Shown: positions 28,923 to 38,947, counted from the stretch's first letter. The stretch is 64,000 nt of DNA from Cyanobacteria bacterium auto_48_18 (GCA_036170915.1 JAVHQC010000029.1:294950-358949), one strand, 5' to 3'. Notes: generated by a model from the sequence alone, not told the origin. A program made the numbers and translations.

Positions 28923-29384
28923 ATGTTCAAATTTGCTGCTGAAAAAATTGAAATCGAGCCGCTCAAGAAAAGTCTTGAAGACGACAGAGCCGGAGCAGTA
29001 GTCTGTTTTGAAGGAATTGTGCGCAATCACAACGAAGGTAAAGCGGTAGTTGCCCTTGAGTATGAAGCTTACGAAACGCTGGGCACAACTGAAGCAGAAA
29101 AAATCTTGGCAGAAGCACGCACCAATTTTGGCATTTTAAACGCAGTATGCGTACATCGCGTGGGCGAGCTAAAAGTAGGCGACATGGCCGTCTTCGTCGC
29201 CGTCACAAGCGCTCATCGGCACGAGGCTTATCAAGCTTCGCGTTACATTATTGACGAAATAAAAACACGACTACCAATCTGGAAAAAAGAAACCTACGCA
29301 AGCGGAAGTTCAAGTTGGGTCAATTGCCAACATTTAAATGACTCTGCTGCCTGCCAAAGCGAGGCCAGCCATGGCCGTAAATAG
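28923..29384 (+). CDS. moaE: Molybdopterin synthase catalytic subunit
   Basis: GAVVCFEGIVRNHN, LEYEAY, HRVGEL and PIWKKE motifs. Confidence 0.95.
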   Translation: MFKFAAEKIEIEPLKKSLEDDRAGAVVCFEGIVRNHNEGKAVVALEYEAYETLGTTEAEKILAEARTNFGILNAVCVHRVGELKVGDMAVFVAVTSAHRHEAYQASRYIIDEIKTRLPIWKKETYASGSSSWVNCQHLNDSAACQSEASHGRK

Positions 29385-30372
29385 ATTGGCCGCAAATAGA
29401 TTGATAGATACATTCGGCCGAGTACATTCTTACTTACGCATTTCGGTCACCGATCGTTGCAATTTGCGCTGCTTTTATTGCATGCCGCACGAAGGCTTAG
29501 AATGGAAAAAACGCAACGAACTTTTGACTTATGAAGAAATTACCAGACTGGCAGTGATTTTCACGGGAATGGGCATTACTAAAATCAGACTTACTGGTGG
29601 TGAACCCATGGTAAGAAAAGGCTTGAGCACGCTGGTTCGCGATCTTGGTGCCATTGCCGAACTAAAAACTTTAGCCATGACCACCAATGCCACCCTGCTG
29701 GCCGACCATGCTAAAGAGTTAAAAGAGTTGGGCCTGAACGCGCTCAATATAAGCCTTGACACATTTTCGAAAGAGCGCTTCGCCGCCATTGCACGCTTGG
29801 ATCAATTTGATCAAGTAATGGCAGGAATTTATGCAGCCATTGAATGCGGCTTTGACAGCCTGAAAATAAATATGGTGGTCATGGCCGGCGTCAATGATGA
29901 TGAAGTGCTGGCCTTTGCCGACTTTGCCGCCAAACACAAAATCAATGTACGCTTCATTGAATATATGCCTTTTAAAGATAATCAATGGACCAGTGAAAAA
30001 GTTGTCACCTACAAAGACATGCTCACCGAAATTGGAAAACGCTACGAATTGACGCGTTTAGAGACCGATCCGTCAGCTGTGGCAAAAGATTATGCCATTG
30101 CTGGCGGTGGCTCAGTCAGCTTTATCACTTCAATGTCTGATTCTTTTTGTTCGACCTGCAACAGATTGCGACTGACAAACGATGGCTCAATAAAATCTTG
30201 CTTGTTTTATCCCGCCGAGATCAATTTGCGCGATGCCATGCGCAAAGGGGCCAGTGACAACGATCTTGAAGGAATGATTTTATATTCTCTGGTGCAAAAA
30301 CCAGAAGCCCATCCGCCGGCAGAAGAAATTGCTGCTGGAGATAATCGGGCCATGATTGAAATCGGCGGCTAA
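29371..30372 (+). CDS. moaA: GTP 3',8-cyclase
   Basis: YLRISVTDRCNLRCFYCM, FCSTCNRLR..SCL and C-terminal IGG. Confidence 0.96.
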   Translation: MAVNRLAANRLIDTFGRVHSYLRISVTDRCNLRCFYCMPHEGLEWKKRNELLTYEEITRLAVIFTGMGITKIRLTGGEPMVRKGLSTLVRDLGAIAELKTLAMTTNATLLADHAKELKELGLNALNISLDTFSKERFAAIARLDQFDQVMAGIYAAIECGFDSLKINMVVMAGVNDDEVLAFADFAAKHKINVRFIEYMPFKDNQWTSEKVVTYKDMLTEIGKRYELTRLETDPSAVAKDYAIAGGGSVSFITSMSDSFCSTCNRLRLTNDGSIKSCLFYPAEINLRDAMRKGASDNDLEGMILYSLVQKPEAHPPAEEIAAGDNRAMIEIGG

Positions 30373-30393
30373 AGTAATCGGGGAGTTTGAGCG

Positions 30394-31344
30394 ATGCGCG
30401 ATGTCTCGCAAAAAGTAAATACGCTGAGAACAGCTGTGGCTAAAGCAATATTGCGAGTGAGCCCTGAAACTATCACGCAAATTAAGGCCGGCACTTTACC
30501 CAAGGGTGATCCACTAGCTGTAGCCAAAGTAGCCGCTATACAAGCGGCTAAGAACACCAGCCAGATTATTCCCTATTGTCACCCCTTGCCTGTTGACTTT
30601 GTCGGGGTTGAATTTCAACTAGACGAAAACTCTATCGAAATTGAAGTAAAAGTCAAAGCCATCTACAAAACCGGCGTAGAGATGGAAGCGCTAACAGCCG
30701 CTTCTGTAGCGGCTTTAACTATTTATGACATGGCCAAGATGGTTGACGATTTAATGGCAATCGAATCAATCACGTTGTTAAGTAAAACCGGGGGCAAAAG
30801 CGATTACGCGGCGCCGCCAGCCCTTGATGGAAAGTTTTTAAAAGCCGCTGTGCTCGTGCTTTCTGATAGCGTTGCAGCCGGTAAAGCAGAAGACAAGTCG
30901 GGCAAATTTATCGCCGCCGAACTACTAACACGTGGTTTTGAAATTACAGAATATCTGGTAATGGCAGATGATGAAGCGGCCATCGTGCCCGAAGTTAGGC
31001 GCATCTGCGATGATTTAAAAGTCAATTTGCTCATCACCACTGGTGGTACCGGTATCAGCCCGCGCGATAATACGCCAGATGCACTTAAACGTTTAATTGA
31101 GAAAGAATTGCCCGGTGTGGTGGAAGCAATTCGCGACTATAGTCAAAATCGCAACTCATTTTCAATGCTATCGAGATCAGTTGCCGGCGTGAGAAATAAA
31201 ACTATCATTGTCAGCTTGCCAGGCTCACTGGGAGCCGCGCAAGACGGCATGACCGTGCTCTTTCCTGCCATCAATCACGCATTCAAAATGCTTGAAGGTG
31301 AAGGCCATAAACATAGTAAAAAAGGCGCAAAAAGTGACAAGTAA
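30394..31344 (+). CDS. moaCB: Bifunctional MoaC-MoaB/MogA fusion
   Basis: MoaC motifs (IPYCHPL, TGVEMEAL, KTGGKS) plus MogA/MoaB motifs (TTGGTGISPRDNTP, LSRSVAG, LPGS). Confidence 0.93.
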   Translation: MRDVSQKVNTLRTAVAKAILRVSPETITQIKAGTLPKGDPLAVAKVAAIQAAKNTSQIIPYCHPLPVDFVGVEFQLDENSIEIEVKVKAIYKTGVEMEALTAASVAALTIYDMAKMVDDLMAIESITLLSKTGGKSDYAAPPALDGKFLKAAVLVLSDSVAAGKAEDKSGKFIAAELLTRGFEITEYLVMADDEAAIVPEVRRICDDLKVNLLITTGGTGISPRDNTPDALKRLIEKELPGVVEAIRDYSQNRNSFSMLSRSVAGVRNKTIIVSLPGSLGAAQDGMTVLFPAINHAFKMLEGEGHKHSKKGAKSDK

Positions 31345-32626
31345 AAACGATTGCGCAGTTAAATTGGAAGATATGCTGACATATGAGCAAGCGCTAGCAG
31401 CCATACTAGATAATTGTCAGCCACTAGCGAGCGAAACCACCACCCTGGCAACAGCTTTGAAAAAAGTTCTGTCAGAGCCACTGAAAGCCGGTTTTGATTT
31501 GCCTCAATTCAATAATTCTGCCGTTGATGGTTTTGGCGTTCTCGTCGAAGATTTGCTTGACGCTTCGCCGAATGCACCAGTTAAATTAAAATTGGTGGGA
31601 GAAGTTGCCGCCGGATCAGCTCAAACATTTGGCAGCCTCAACCCTGGCCAATGCGTGCGCATTCTCACCGGTGCACCGGTGCCGGGAACGGTTGAAGCGG
31701 TGGTGATGAAAGAAAATTGCCGACCTGACGGCGATTATATTCACGTTTCTTGTAAAACCAGAATCGGCGAAAGCATTCGTTTACAGGGTGAAGAAATCGA
31801 AGCTGGTGCCACAGTTTTGAAGCCTGGCACGCTAATTACTCCACCAATTATCGGTTTGATAGCGACACTGGGCATAACCGAATTTCAAACCTATCGCGCG
31901 CCAAAAGTAGCTGTCATAGCCACTGGTAACGAGCTCAAAGAACCTGGTGAACTTCTCGCTGAAGGCGAAATCTATAACTCGAATTCTTTTGCACTAGTAG
32001 CAGCGTTAAATGCCATGGGCATAAATGAAGTCGTTCGTTATCACGTGAGAGACGACCGTGAGGAAACAGCGGCAGTGATCAAAGAAGCGCTGGAAAAATC
32101 TGATTTGATCATTTCAGCTGGCGGAGTATCTGTAGGTGAATATGATTTTGTCAAAGACGTTTGTGAAGACCTGGGCGTAGAGACGGTATTCTGGCGCACT
32201 GCCATAAAGCCCGGCAAGCCGGTTTATTTTGGCGTGGCTGAAGGTTATACCATCGACACCTCAATCAGTGACCGCAAACTGGTGTTTGGACTACCTGGAA
32301 ATCCGGTATCAGCCCTGGTGACATTCAATTTATTTGTCAAGCCTGCAATCATGAAATTGCAAAATGTAGATAGCAAACCAAAACGTTTCACCGCCAAAGT
32401 TGCACGCAATCTAAAGAAGAAAGCAGGCAGACTAGACTTTGTGCGAGGCTTAGTTTCAACTACAGAAGAAGGCAATCTAACCGTCATGCCTGCCGGCGGG
32501 CAGGAGTCGCACATGCTTACAGGGCTAGCAAAAGCTAATTGCTTAATGCATTTTGAGCAACAGTTAGAATTTTTACCGGAAGGTGAAAAAATCACCATTG
32601 ACCTGCTCAACTGGTTTGAAAGCTAA
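31334..32626 (+). CDS. moeA: Molybdopterin molybdotransferase
   Basis: NSAVDGF, ILTGAPVP, TGNEL, GGVSVGEYD, KPGKP and GLPGNP motifs. Confidence 0.95.
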   Translation: MTSKNDCAVKLEDMLTYEQALAAILDNCQPLASETTTLATALKKVLSEPLKAGFDLPQFNNSAVDGFGVLVEDLLDASPNAPVKLKLVGEVAAGSAQTFGSLNPGQCVRILTGAPVPGTVEAVVMKENCRPDGDYIHVSCKTRIGESIRLQGEEIEAGATVLKPGTLITPPIIGLIATLGITEFQTYRAPKVAVIATGNELKEPGELLAEGEIYNSNSFALVAALNAMGINEVVRYHVRDDREETAAVIKEALEKSDLIISAGGVSVGEYDFVKDVCEDLGVETVFWRTAIKPGKPVYFGVAEGYTIDTSISDRKLVFGLPGNPVSALVTFNLFVKPAIMKLQNVDSKPKRFTAKVARNLKKKAGRLDFVRGLVSTTEEGNLTVMPAGGQESHMLTGLAKANCLMHFEQQLEFLPEGEKITIDLLNWFES

Positions 32627-32628
32627 AA

Positions 32629-32718
32629 CTATTTCTTGAATAACATGTTGAGCAAAACTGTAAGACCAATGCTGAGGCCGATGCTTAAAAGGATGCTTGG
32701 GAGCCAGAGGAAAACCAT
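32629..32718 (-). CDS. Putative 29-aa single-TM peptide (not in ORF track)
   Basis: MVFLWLPSILLSIGLSIGLTVLLNMLFKK*, with GAGGT upstream. Fills the intergenic gap. Confidence 0.55.
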   Translation of the reverse strand: MVFLWLPSILLSIGLSIGLTVLLNMLFKK

Positions 32719-32766
32719 GATATTTACTTACCTCAGGAAGGGAATTGTGAATTGTGTGACTAACTT

Positions 32767-33924
32767 ATGAGCGCCAGGTTCCATTTTTTTAGAATTGCCC
32801 AGATCGGTGTAGTGCTATGCCTTTTTCAAGCACTGATGGTTCAAAAAGCGGCCTGTGCTCAATCGCCGGCTGATTTAACCAAATCAATCAAATTGCCCCC
32901 AGGTTTCCATATAAGCATTTACGCAAGCGGTATGGACGTACCCAGACAGATGACCATGAGCCCGGACGGCACACTGTTCGTGGGCACAAAAATCAACAAA
33001 AATGGCAAAGTCTACGCACTGCGCGATACGAACAAAGACGGAGTTGCTGATCAGTTGATGACTATGGCCTCTGATCTTAGTTGCCCAAACGGAGTGGCAT
33101 TCAACAATGGCTCTTTGTATGTGGCCGAAATCAATCGCGTTTTGCGTTACGACAATATTGAAAAGCTTTTGCCGAAAATACCAGCACCAGCTGTAGTGAC
33201 CGACAAGTTTCCGTCAGACGGACATCATGGCTGGAAATATATTCGTTTTGGCCCTGACGACAAGCTCTACGTGCCGGTTGGCGCGCCGTGTAATGTGTGT
33301 GAACCGTCTAAGAAAATCTATGCGTCAATGATGCGCATGAATAAAGATGGCAGCAAGCTTGAGCAATTTGCCAGCGGCATTCGCAACACAGTCGGTTTTG
33401 ACTTTCACCCGCAAACAAAAGAACTCTGGTTTACCGACAATGGACGCGATTTGCTCGGTGACGATATACCACCAGACGAGCTCAATCACGCGCCTAAAGC
33501 CGGCATGAATTTTGGCTTTCCTTACCGCTACGGCATGAACCTGGTAGATCCGCTCTTTGGCTGGCGCGCCCCGAAAGACACTACCTTTACACCACCAGCT
33601 ATGCCACTGGCTGCCCACGTAGCAGCTCTAGGTATGCGCTTTTATAACGGCAAAATGTTTCCACCACAGTATCAAGGCAACGTTTTCATAGCTGAACACG
33701 GCTCATGGAATCGCAGCAAGAAAAGTGGTTGCCGTGTCATGCGCGTAACTTTAGATGGAAATAAGGCTTTGAAATACGAGCCATTTGCTGAAGGCTGGCT
33801 CAATCAAGAAAAGCAAGAATATTCGGGCCGTCCGGTTGATGTGTTAGTGGCGCCGGATGGTGCTTTGCTTGTTTCAGATGATCTCGCTGGCGTGATTTAC
33901 CGAATAACTTATAAGAAACCTTAA
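32767..33924 (+). CDS. Secreted PQQ-dependent sugar / sorbosone dehydrogenase family protein
   Basis: Signal peptide, HHGWKYIRFGPD, GAPCNVC, GIRNTVG, HGSWNR and GRPVDV motifs. Confidence 0.9.
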   Translation: MSARFHFFRIAQIGVVLCLFQALMVQKAACAQSPADLTKSIKLPPGFHISIYASGMDVPRQMTMSPDGTLFVGTKINKNGKVYALRDTNKDGVADQLMTMASDLSCPNGVAFNNGSLYVAEINRVLRYDNIEKLLPKIPAPAVVTDKFPSDGHHGWKYIRFGPDDKLYVPVGAPCNVCEPSKKIYASMMRMNKDGSKLEQFASGIRNTVGFDFHPQTKELWFTDNGRDLLGDDIPPDELNHAPKAGMNFGFPYRYGMNLVDPLFGWRAPKDTTFTPPAMPLAAHVAALGMRFYNGKMFPPQYQGNVFIAEHGSWNRSKKSGCRVMRVTLDGNKALKYEPFAEGWLNQEKQEYSGRPVDVLVAPDGALLVSDDLAGVIYRITYKKP

Positions 33925-33933
33925 ACGGGCCGA

Positions 33934-34482
33934 TTAGCTAAAATTTACGGGTTGCTTCCAAATCCCCAGTGCCACCATAAGTGGTGCGAGATACAAAGCG
34001 AAAAAGAACAAACCCACAATTGAATCCCAGAACAGAGTAAAGAAGAGTAGAAAACCGTTCAGATGATTGTAACCAGGATAGGTGATATACGCGCTCGCCT
34101 CTTTAGCCAGTGTCCAGTAGCGCACAGGCACCGGCGAACCCTCTTTGAGTGACAAATAATAGGACCGATCAACTGTGGAGACGTTCTTAAACGTCTTGTC
34201 ACCTTCAGAAAAATTGTAAGTGACTTTATATGTGGTGTGACGCTTTCCCTCATGAGGCGCGAGTGTTTCTACACGCCCCTCCACATTAGTGCCGAAAACA
34301 ATAGGCATGACATTAATAACGCACATATACGCCAACCACACACCAATCAACATGTGTGGAAGGCAAAAGACTCGAGCGAAAATATTGCCAAATTTACTTT
34401 GTGCAGCCGAAACTGGTTCTTCCGAGCGCTTTGGCTCACGCTTGCCCCAACCAAGATTTTCATGGCGATCTTTTCTAGCCAT
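33934..34482 (-). CDS. DUF3592-like membrane protein
   Basis: TM, then VEGRV..TYKVTYNF..GSPVPVRY, then TM. Confidence 0.65.
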   Translation of the reverse strand: MARKDRHENLGWGKREPKRSEEPVSAAQSKFGNIFARVFCLPHMLIGVWLAYMCVINVMPIVFGTNVEGRVETLAPHEGKRHTTYKVTYNFSEGDKTFKNVSTVDRSYYLSLKEGSPVPVRYWTLAKEASAYITYPGYNHLNGFLLFFTLFWDSIVGLFFFALYLAPLMVALGIWKQPVNFS

Positions 34483-34512
34483 AAAATTTATCCATGCTAG
34501 CCATCCTAACCC

Positions 34513-35157
34513 TTAAGGGAGCACCGCCTGATCGTCCCAGATAACACGTGGTGCCTTCTGCGCTAAAAAAGCACCGTTGATATAACTGCCGTCCGGCAGG
34601 CGTAGTGTTAAAGCACCAGGTACTGAATCATCTTCTCGCGCATTGGCAATCTTGAATTTGAGACCAAAATTGTCCTTACTGGTGAAATGCTTCTCTTTCA
34701 CTTTTGCTTTATTTGACTCGCGTGTATAGACATATATTTGCACACGCTTATTGTCGTCTGAGGTAAAACTCTTATTGCCAAGCGGCTTCTCTGACTGCAT
34801 CAAATTTACTACAACTTTGCAATAGCGCTTATGATTCTGCTTGAAGGTAACGCTGAAACTGTTCCAGAGTGCCGACTCGCAAACAAAGGGCATACCATCA
34901 ACAGTGCCTTTTACAGGCCCGCATGCAGCAGGAGCTGTAACAGCACCGTGACACCATGAAGCACTTCCCACAGCCGAATCATTCTTAACTTTGTTCTCGG
35001 CACAAGCAGAATTTTGTGCCACCACACACAGTGCACAAGCGATCATAATCGAGTTAAATGGCAGTGGTCGAATCAAATTATTCGGTGCCTCGTATGATGG
35101 CTCTTGGCCGAAAAACAGTAAACCATAGATGTTATGGGCTAGCCGAGACGCTGTCAA
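34513..35157 (-). CDS. Hypothetical, probably secreted protein
   Basis: Long ORF with a signal-like segment (MIACALCVVAQNSACA). True start probably downstream of 35157. Confidence 0.55.
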   Translation of the reverse strand: MTASRLAHNIYGLLFFGQEPSYEAPNNLIRPLPFNSIMIACALCVVAQNSACAENKVKNDSAVGSASWCHGAVTAPAACGPVKGTVDGMPFVCESALWNSFSVTFKQNHKRYCKVVVNLMQSEKPLGNKSFTSDDNKRVQIYVYTRESNKAKVKEKHFTSKDNFGLKFKIANAREDDSVPGALTLRLPDGSYINGAFLAQKAPRVIWDDQAVLP

Positions 35158-35288
35158 CTTGAATTAATGCGCGTTATTAATCGCCAGACCCGCATGCGAT
35201 TGACAACATGGGGTCATTGTGTCTTTATACAGCTGTTATGAGCGTGTCAGCCTGACAACAGCGCTCTGGTAACAGGAGTTAGCCACTG

Positions 35289-36194
35289 GTGCAACTGCAA
35301 TCACAACCTAAGAGTCCAGTCATCCGCACCGCCATTCGCGCCGCCATCTGCGCCTCGTCATCATCGGTGATATTTGCAGGCTCAGCCATGGCAGCGCCCG
35401 CAAACAATGCTGCTCCACCAGCAAACAAGCCCGCAACCGTTAGTACGGCAACTGTCACTCCTTCGAAGAAAGTTATAGTTAAGAGCGCCGCTACTCCAAC
35501 AAAGCCTATAGCCACTACAACGGCTTCCGTGCCTGTAGTGCCTAAAAAAGCAGTTATCAAAAAAGAAGTGCCTGCTGACGTTGAAGAAGCCGAAATTGAA
35601 ACGGCAGAAGTCGCGCCAGTGCGCAAAAGAAAGCGCAGCTCTGAGCCGCCAAATGAAGATCCAACTCCCAGTGCCGACGAGGGCAGCGGCATTTTTACCC
35701 ATGAAACCGCTCACACCCTGTTTCTTGAAGCCAAGCAATTCATGCGGCACAATAATTACAACCGTGCCATTCGTCTGTTGAATAAAGCGATCAAGTTAGA
35801 TGACGACAATATGGAAGTGCGAGTGCTCTATGCAGAAGCACTAGACGAAAAATTGCAGCATCAGGCAGACAAGGACCCCGAAATATTCAATAAATGCATC
35901 AAGTCGTGGCTCATGGTGGCACGCAACGAAATAGGTGATGAGAAAGGAATGACCTTTAAGGGTCTCGGCATTATGAGCGGCCAATATGGTGACGAAGACT
36001 GGAGTCTAAAAGCTAAAAAGCGCCTCAAGGTTCTGACCGGCTACAGCCCCAAGCCATGGGAAACTAGCGACCGTTATTTGCGCAAAGTGCTCAGATCTGC
36101 AGATACATCAGTGTCAGCTGTAATTAAAACGGGCGCAACTGATGATGATGAACCCGTCAAAATTATCAAGCCTAAAGCTAAAAACGAAGAGTAA
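35289..36194 (+). CDS. Secreted protein with P/A/K/T-rich linker and TPR
   Basis: Signal ending SAMA, low-complexity linker, NYNRAIRLLNKAIKLDDDN TPR. Confidence 0.7.
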   Translation: MQLQSQPKSPVIRTAIRAAICASSSSVIFAGSAMAAPANNAAPPANKPATVSTATVTPSKKVIVKSAATPTKPIATTTASVPVVPKKAVIKKEVPADVEEAEIETAEVAPVRKRKRSSEPPNEDPTPSADEGSGIFTHETAHTLFLEAKQFMRHNNYNRAIRLLNKAIKLDDDNMEVRVLYAEALDEKLQHQADKDPEIFNKCIKSWLMVARNEIGDEKGMTFKGLGIMSGQYGDEDWSLKAKKRLKVLTGYSPKPWETSDRYLRKVLRSADTSVSAVIKTGATDDDEPVKIIKPKAKNEE

Positions 36195-37091
36195 TTAGAC
36201 CTGGCCAACCCAGCCCTGGTCGGCTACTTCGTACCAGCGCTCGCGAATGGCGGTCAATTCAGCTTCGCTCAATTTTCCTGCAGCAATCAGATCAGCATTA
36301 TCCTTCCAACGATCAGGGTTGGTGGTACCGACAATCATGGTTGTTACGGCCGGCGCCGAAAGGGTAAAGCGCAGTGCTATTTCTGAAGTCTTTTTGGCGT
36401 CACCGTTGATGAAATCATATTTGAGTTTCTGCAGGCGATCCCAATATTCGTGCACATACTCATTTGCAGGCTTAGAAGAATGGCGCCAGACAGCGTTGCC
36501 GATGGGGCGTTTAGCGATCACTCCCATATTTTTTTCTTGAGCCAAAGGCAAAGTCATATCGATGCACTGTTGATCAAAAATACTGACTGATGTTTGCAGC
36601 GTGTCAAAAACATTCATGTTGATTGCCAGAAGTGCATCTTCGCCATCGCCGCTATAGCCGATAAATCGAGTCTTACCGGCTTTCTGTGCGGCTTGCAGCG
36701 CTTCAACTACTTCGCCTTTTTTAAGAATTTCGCTGCTGCAACTGTGCAATTGCAGAAGATCCACGTAGTCTGTTTGCAAACGTTTTAGGCTGCGGTCAAT
36801 ACTCTTTTCAATATCTTTAGCCGACCAGGCGTCATCGGTATAAGTGGCACCATGACCGCATTTTGTGAAGAGGTAAAAGTCTGACCGGCGTTTAGCAACA
36901 GCTTTACCAATCATCTCTTCACTGTTGATATAACACTCGGCCGTATCGATGGCATTAAGGCCCTGGTCGATAGCTGCAGAGAGTAGCTTTTCAACCGTCG
37001 CCTGTTCGGCGCCTTCAAAGCCGATTTCAGCGCCGCCGAAACCCAGCACACTGACATTCATTCCGGTTTTACCGAGTATACGCCGTTCCAT
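36195..37091 (-). CDS. Aldo/keto reductase
   Basis: LGKTGMNVSVLGFG, IDTAECY, TKCG and SLKRLQTDYVDLLQLH motifs. Confidence 0.93.
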   Translation of the reverse strand: MERRILGKTGMNVSVLGFGGAEIGFEGAEQATVEKLLSAAIDQGLNAIDTAECYINSEEMIGKAVAKRRSDFYLFTKCGHGATYTDDAWSAKDIEKSIDRSLKRLQTDYVDLLQLHSCSSEILKKGEVVEALQAAQKAGKTRFIGYSGDGEDALLAINMNVFDTLQTSVSIFDQQCIDMTLPLAQEKNMGVIAKRPIGNAVWRHSSKPANEYVHEYWDRLQKLKYDFINGDAKKTSEIALRFTLSAPAVTTMIVGTTNPDRWKDNADLIAAGKLSEAELTAIRERWYEVADQGWVGQV

Positions 37092-37209
37092 CGCCAACCT
37101 CACTTACGCTCGCGTTATTGGCACATTTTAACGACTCTGGTGTATCAACGTCAAAAACGCTATAGTTGCCTAAGGTTTCAGTTAAGCCGCCAACAGGCTG
37201 CATCTTTTA

Positions 37210-37635
37210 TTGAGCATAATGGAAACTCCCAAATTATTAATTGCCGGTCTTTCACTTAAAACCATCAACCTTGCGCGCGCAGCGGTAGAGCAACTTGGCT
37301 ACCAGATTGTGCCCAGCCCGGCTATGTCACTTTCATTGTTTTTAGCCCACAAGAATTTGCCCGCGTTAATCATTAGTGATTTCAAAATGAGCGACGGCGA
37401 CGGATTGTCTTTTCTGCGTGAATTGCAAGATGATCCAGATCTGGCGGCAATTCCATTTATTTTTTGTCTTGATACTATGCCTGACGATGCCATTGAGTTG
37501 CAAGCAATCAAAAGTGGAGCCCGCAAAGTGGTGCCAAATAATATTGAGCCATCCGATTTTTTAGAAATTATCGATCCGCTGATTGTGGAGCGCATGAAAA
37601 GCAAAATCAAACGCGAAGAACAAACTCCAGAATAA
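37210..37635 (+). CDS. Single-domain response regulator (atypical receiver)
   Basis: PALIISDFKMSDGDG, IPFIF and AIKSGA present. Lacks the beta1 acidic pair and the conserved Lys. Start may be ATG 37219. Confidence 0.8.
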   Translation: MSIMETPKLLIAGLSLKTINLARAAVEQLGYQIVPSPAMSLSLFLAHKNLPALIISDFKMSDGDGLSFLRELQDDPDLAAIPFIFCLDTMPDDAIELQAIKSGARKVVPNNIEPSDFLEIIDPLIVERMKSKIKREEQTPE

Positions 37636-37657
37636 TGCCAGAGAACAAACCAAAGTT

Positions 37658-38947
37658 TCACTGCACTGATTTGCGTGCTATAGCAGGGGCCGTCTGCACG
37701 CGAACACCATCAGCTTCGGCGAAGTATTTATAGAAATTATCGTAGCTTTGTTTAAATGTCTTTTTGGAATCCCACGGATTAGCTATGGTTACTTCTTTAC
37801 GCGCTGCGTCAATACCAACTACCGTATAAGCGTGACCAAAGACCACCCGATGTTCAGGATCAGCAGTGTACATTTTTTGCTCGCGATCGTAGTAGACCGG
37901 ACCCTTAAAGTTTTTCTGTTCAGCGCTTGAAGCGGTCAAGGCAATATGCGGCCCTTGAGCGGCCCAGAAATTCAACGCTCGGTGCACATTGTCGCGGTTC
38001 CAGTCTGGCATCAAAACGCCTTTCGCGTTAACCAACTCGCCAAGCAACTCATTAGAACTACCACCGGTGCCAGCAGCTAGAAGATGCCGCTTGGTACCAC
38101 CAAGGCGTCCCATGGCAATATTGTCGCGCCATTCGTCCGCCAGTGAATATTTTGGCACCTCTCCTTTGCGCTCACGCTCCTTGCCGTAAGCCGCCTCCAA
38201 GATTCTAATTCCTAAAGCTCCAGTTACGCCTCTCTTTTCCCAGGCCAAATTATCAATGTCTTCTCTTGAAACCTTTATTGGGTTATGCGGGTTAGACGGC
38301 AAAGTGACGTTCCAAGCCCCATGACCATCAGGCTTGATCATTTTAGCCAGATGAAACTCACCGCCTTCTGTCCTCGAAATAGCCAGTAAGCTGGCATCCA
38401 GGTAGCAAGTGCCGTAATCACCTTGATTAATATGGTGGCTATTTTTAGGAAAGAGTTTGCGAAAGGCGCGGGCGTCATCTGTTAATGTTTTCAACGTGCC
38501 ATTGCCCGAAATAGTAAAAATATGGTTGCCCACATCAATGGTGCCTTTCTTATCGAGAATGACGCGAAGGGCCACTCGATCTTGCCTGCTGGCCTGGTTG
38601 AAAATCTCGGCAAAGAGCTTGTGATTGCCTTCGTCGCGAGCATCACCGCAGAGGGTTTGCAAATTGCCTTTAGACAGCCGGTCTTTACCTTTGGTGTAAA
38701 GCGAGATGGCATCAATATCTTCAGACCACACTCGATTAGCGCTAATGTCACCGCGCATATTGCTGCCAGTGATATGGTTGTAGGCAGCTCGAACTTCTTC
38801 AACATGTGCGCGCGTCATCGGCGCAAAAAGCTCTTTTACATGCTCAGCAGAGGCTTCAATCTGCTCCCTGTTATTGTGTTTACTATGCGACTGACGCATG
38901 TAGCCAATTAGTTTATGCGCATCATCTGAAGCAGCGTCACCTTTCAT
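37658..38947 (-). CDS. Calpain-like (peptidase C2) cysteine protease
   Basis: INQGDYGTCYL, LEAAYG, GHAYTV and NPW motifs give a Cys-His-Asn triad. Confidence 0.82.
   Translation of the reverse strand: MKGDAASDDAHKLIGYMRQSHSKHNNREQIEASAEHVKELFAPMTRAHVEEVRAAYNHITGSNMRGDISANRVWSEDIDAISLYTKGKDRLSKGNLQTLCGDARDEGNHKLFAEIFNQASRQDRVALRVILDKKGTIDVGNHIFTISGNGTLKTLTDDARAFRKLFPKNSHHINQGDYGTCYLDASLLAISRTEGGEFHLAKMIKPDGHGAWNVTLPSNPHNPIKVSREDIDNLAWEKRGVTGALGIRILEAAYGKERERKGEVPKYSLADEWRDNIAMGRLGGTKRHLLAAGTGGSSNELLGELVNAKGVLMPDWNRDNVHRALNFWAAQGPHIALTASSAEQKNFKGPVYYDREQKMYTADPEHRVVFGHAYTVVGIDAARKEVTIANPWDSKKTFKQSYDNFYKYFAEADGVRVQTAPAIARKSVQ

Noticed and set aside
29378..29405. Short 15-nt-period duplications (moaA N-terminus; also about 47904-47945 and 3645-3673)
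   Set aside because: Two or three unrelated degenerate units each, consistent with ordinary slippage.
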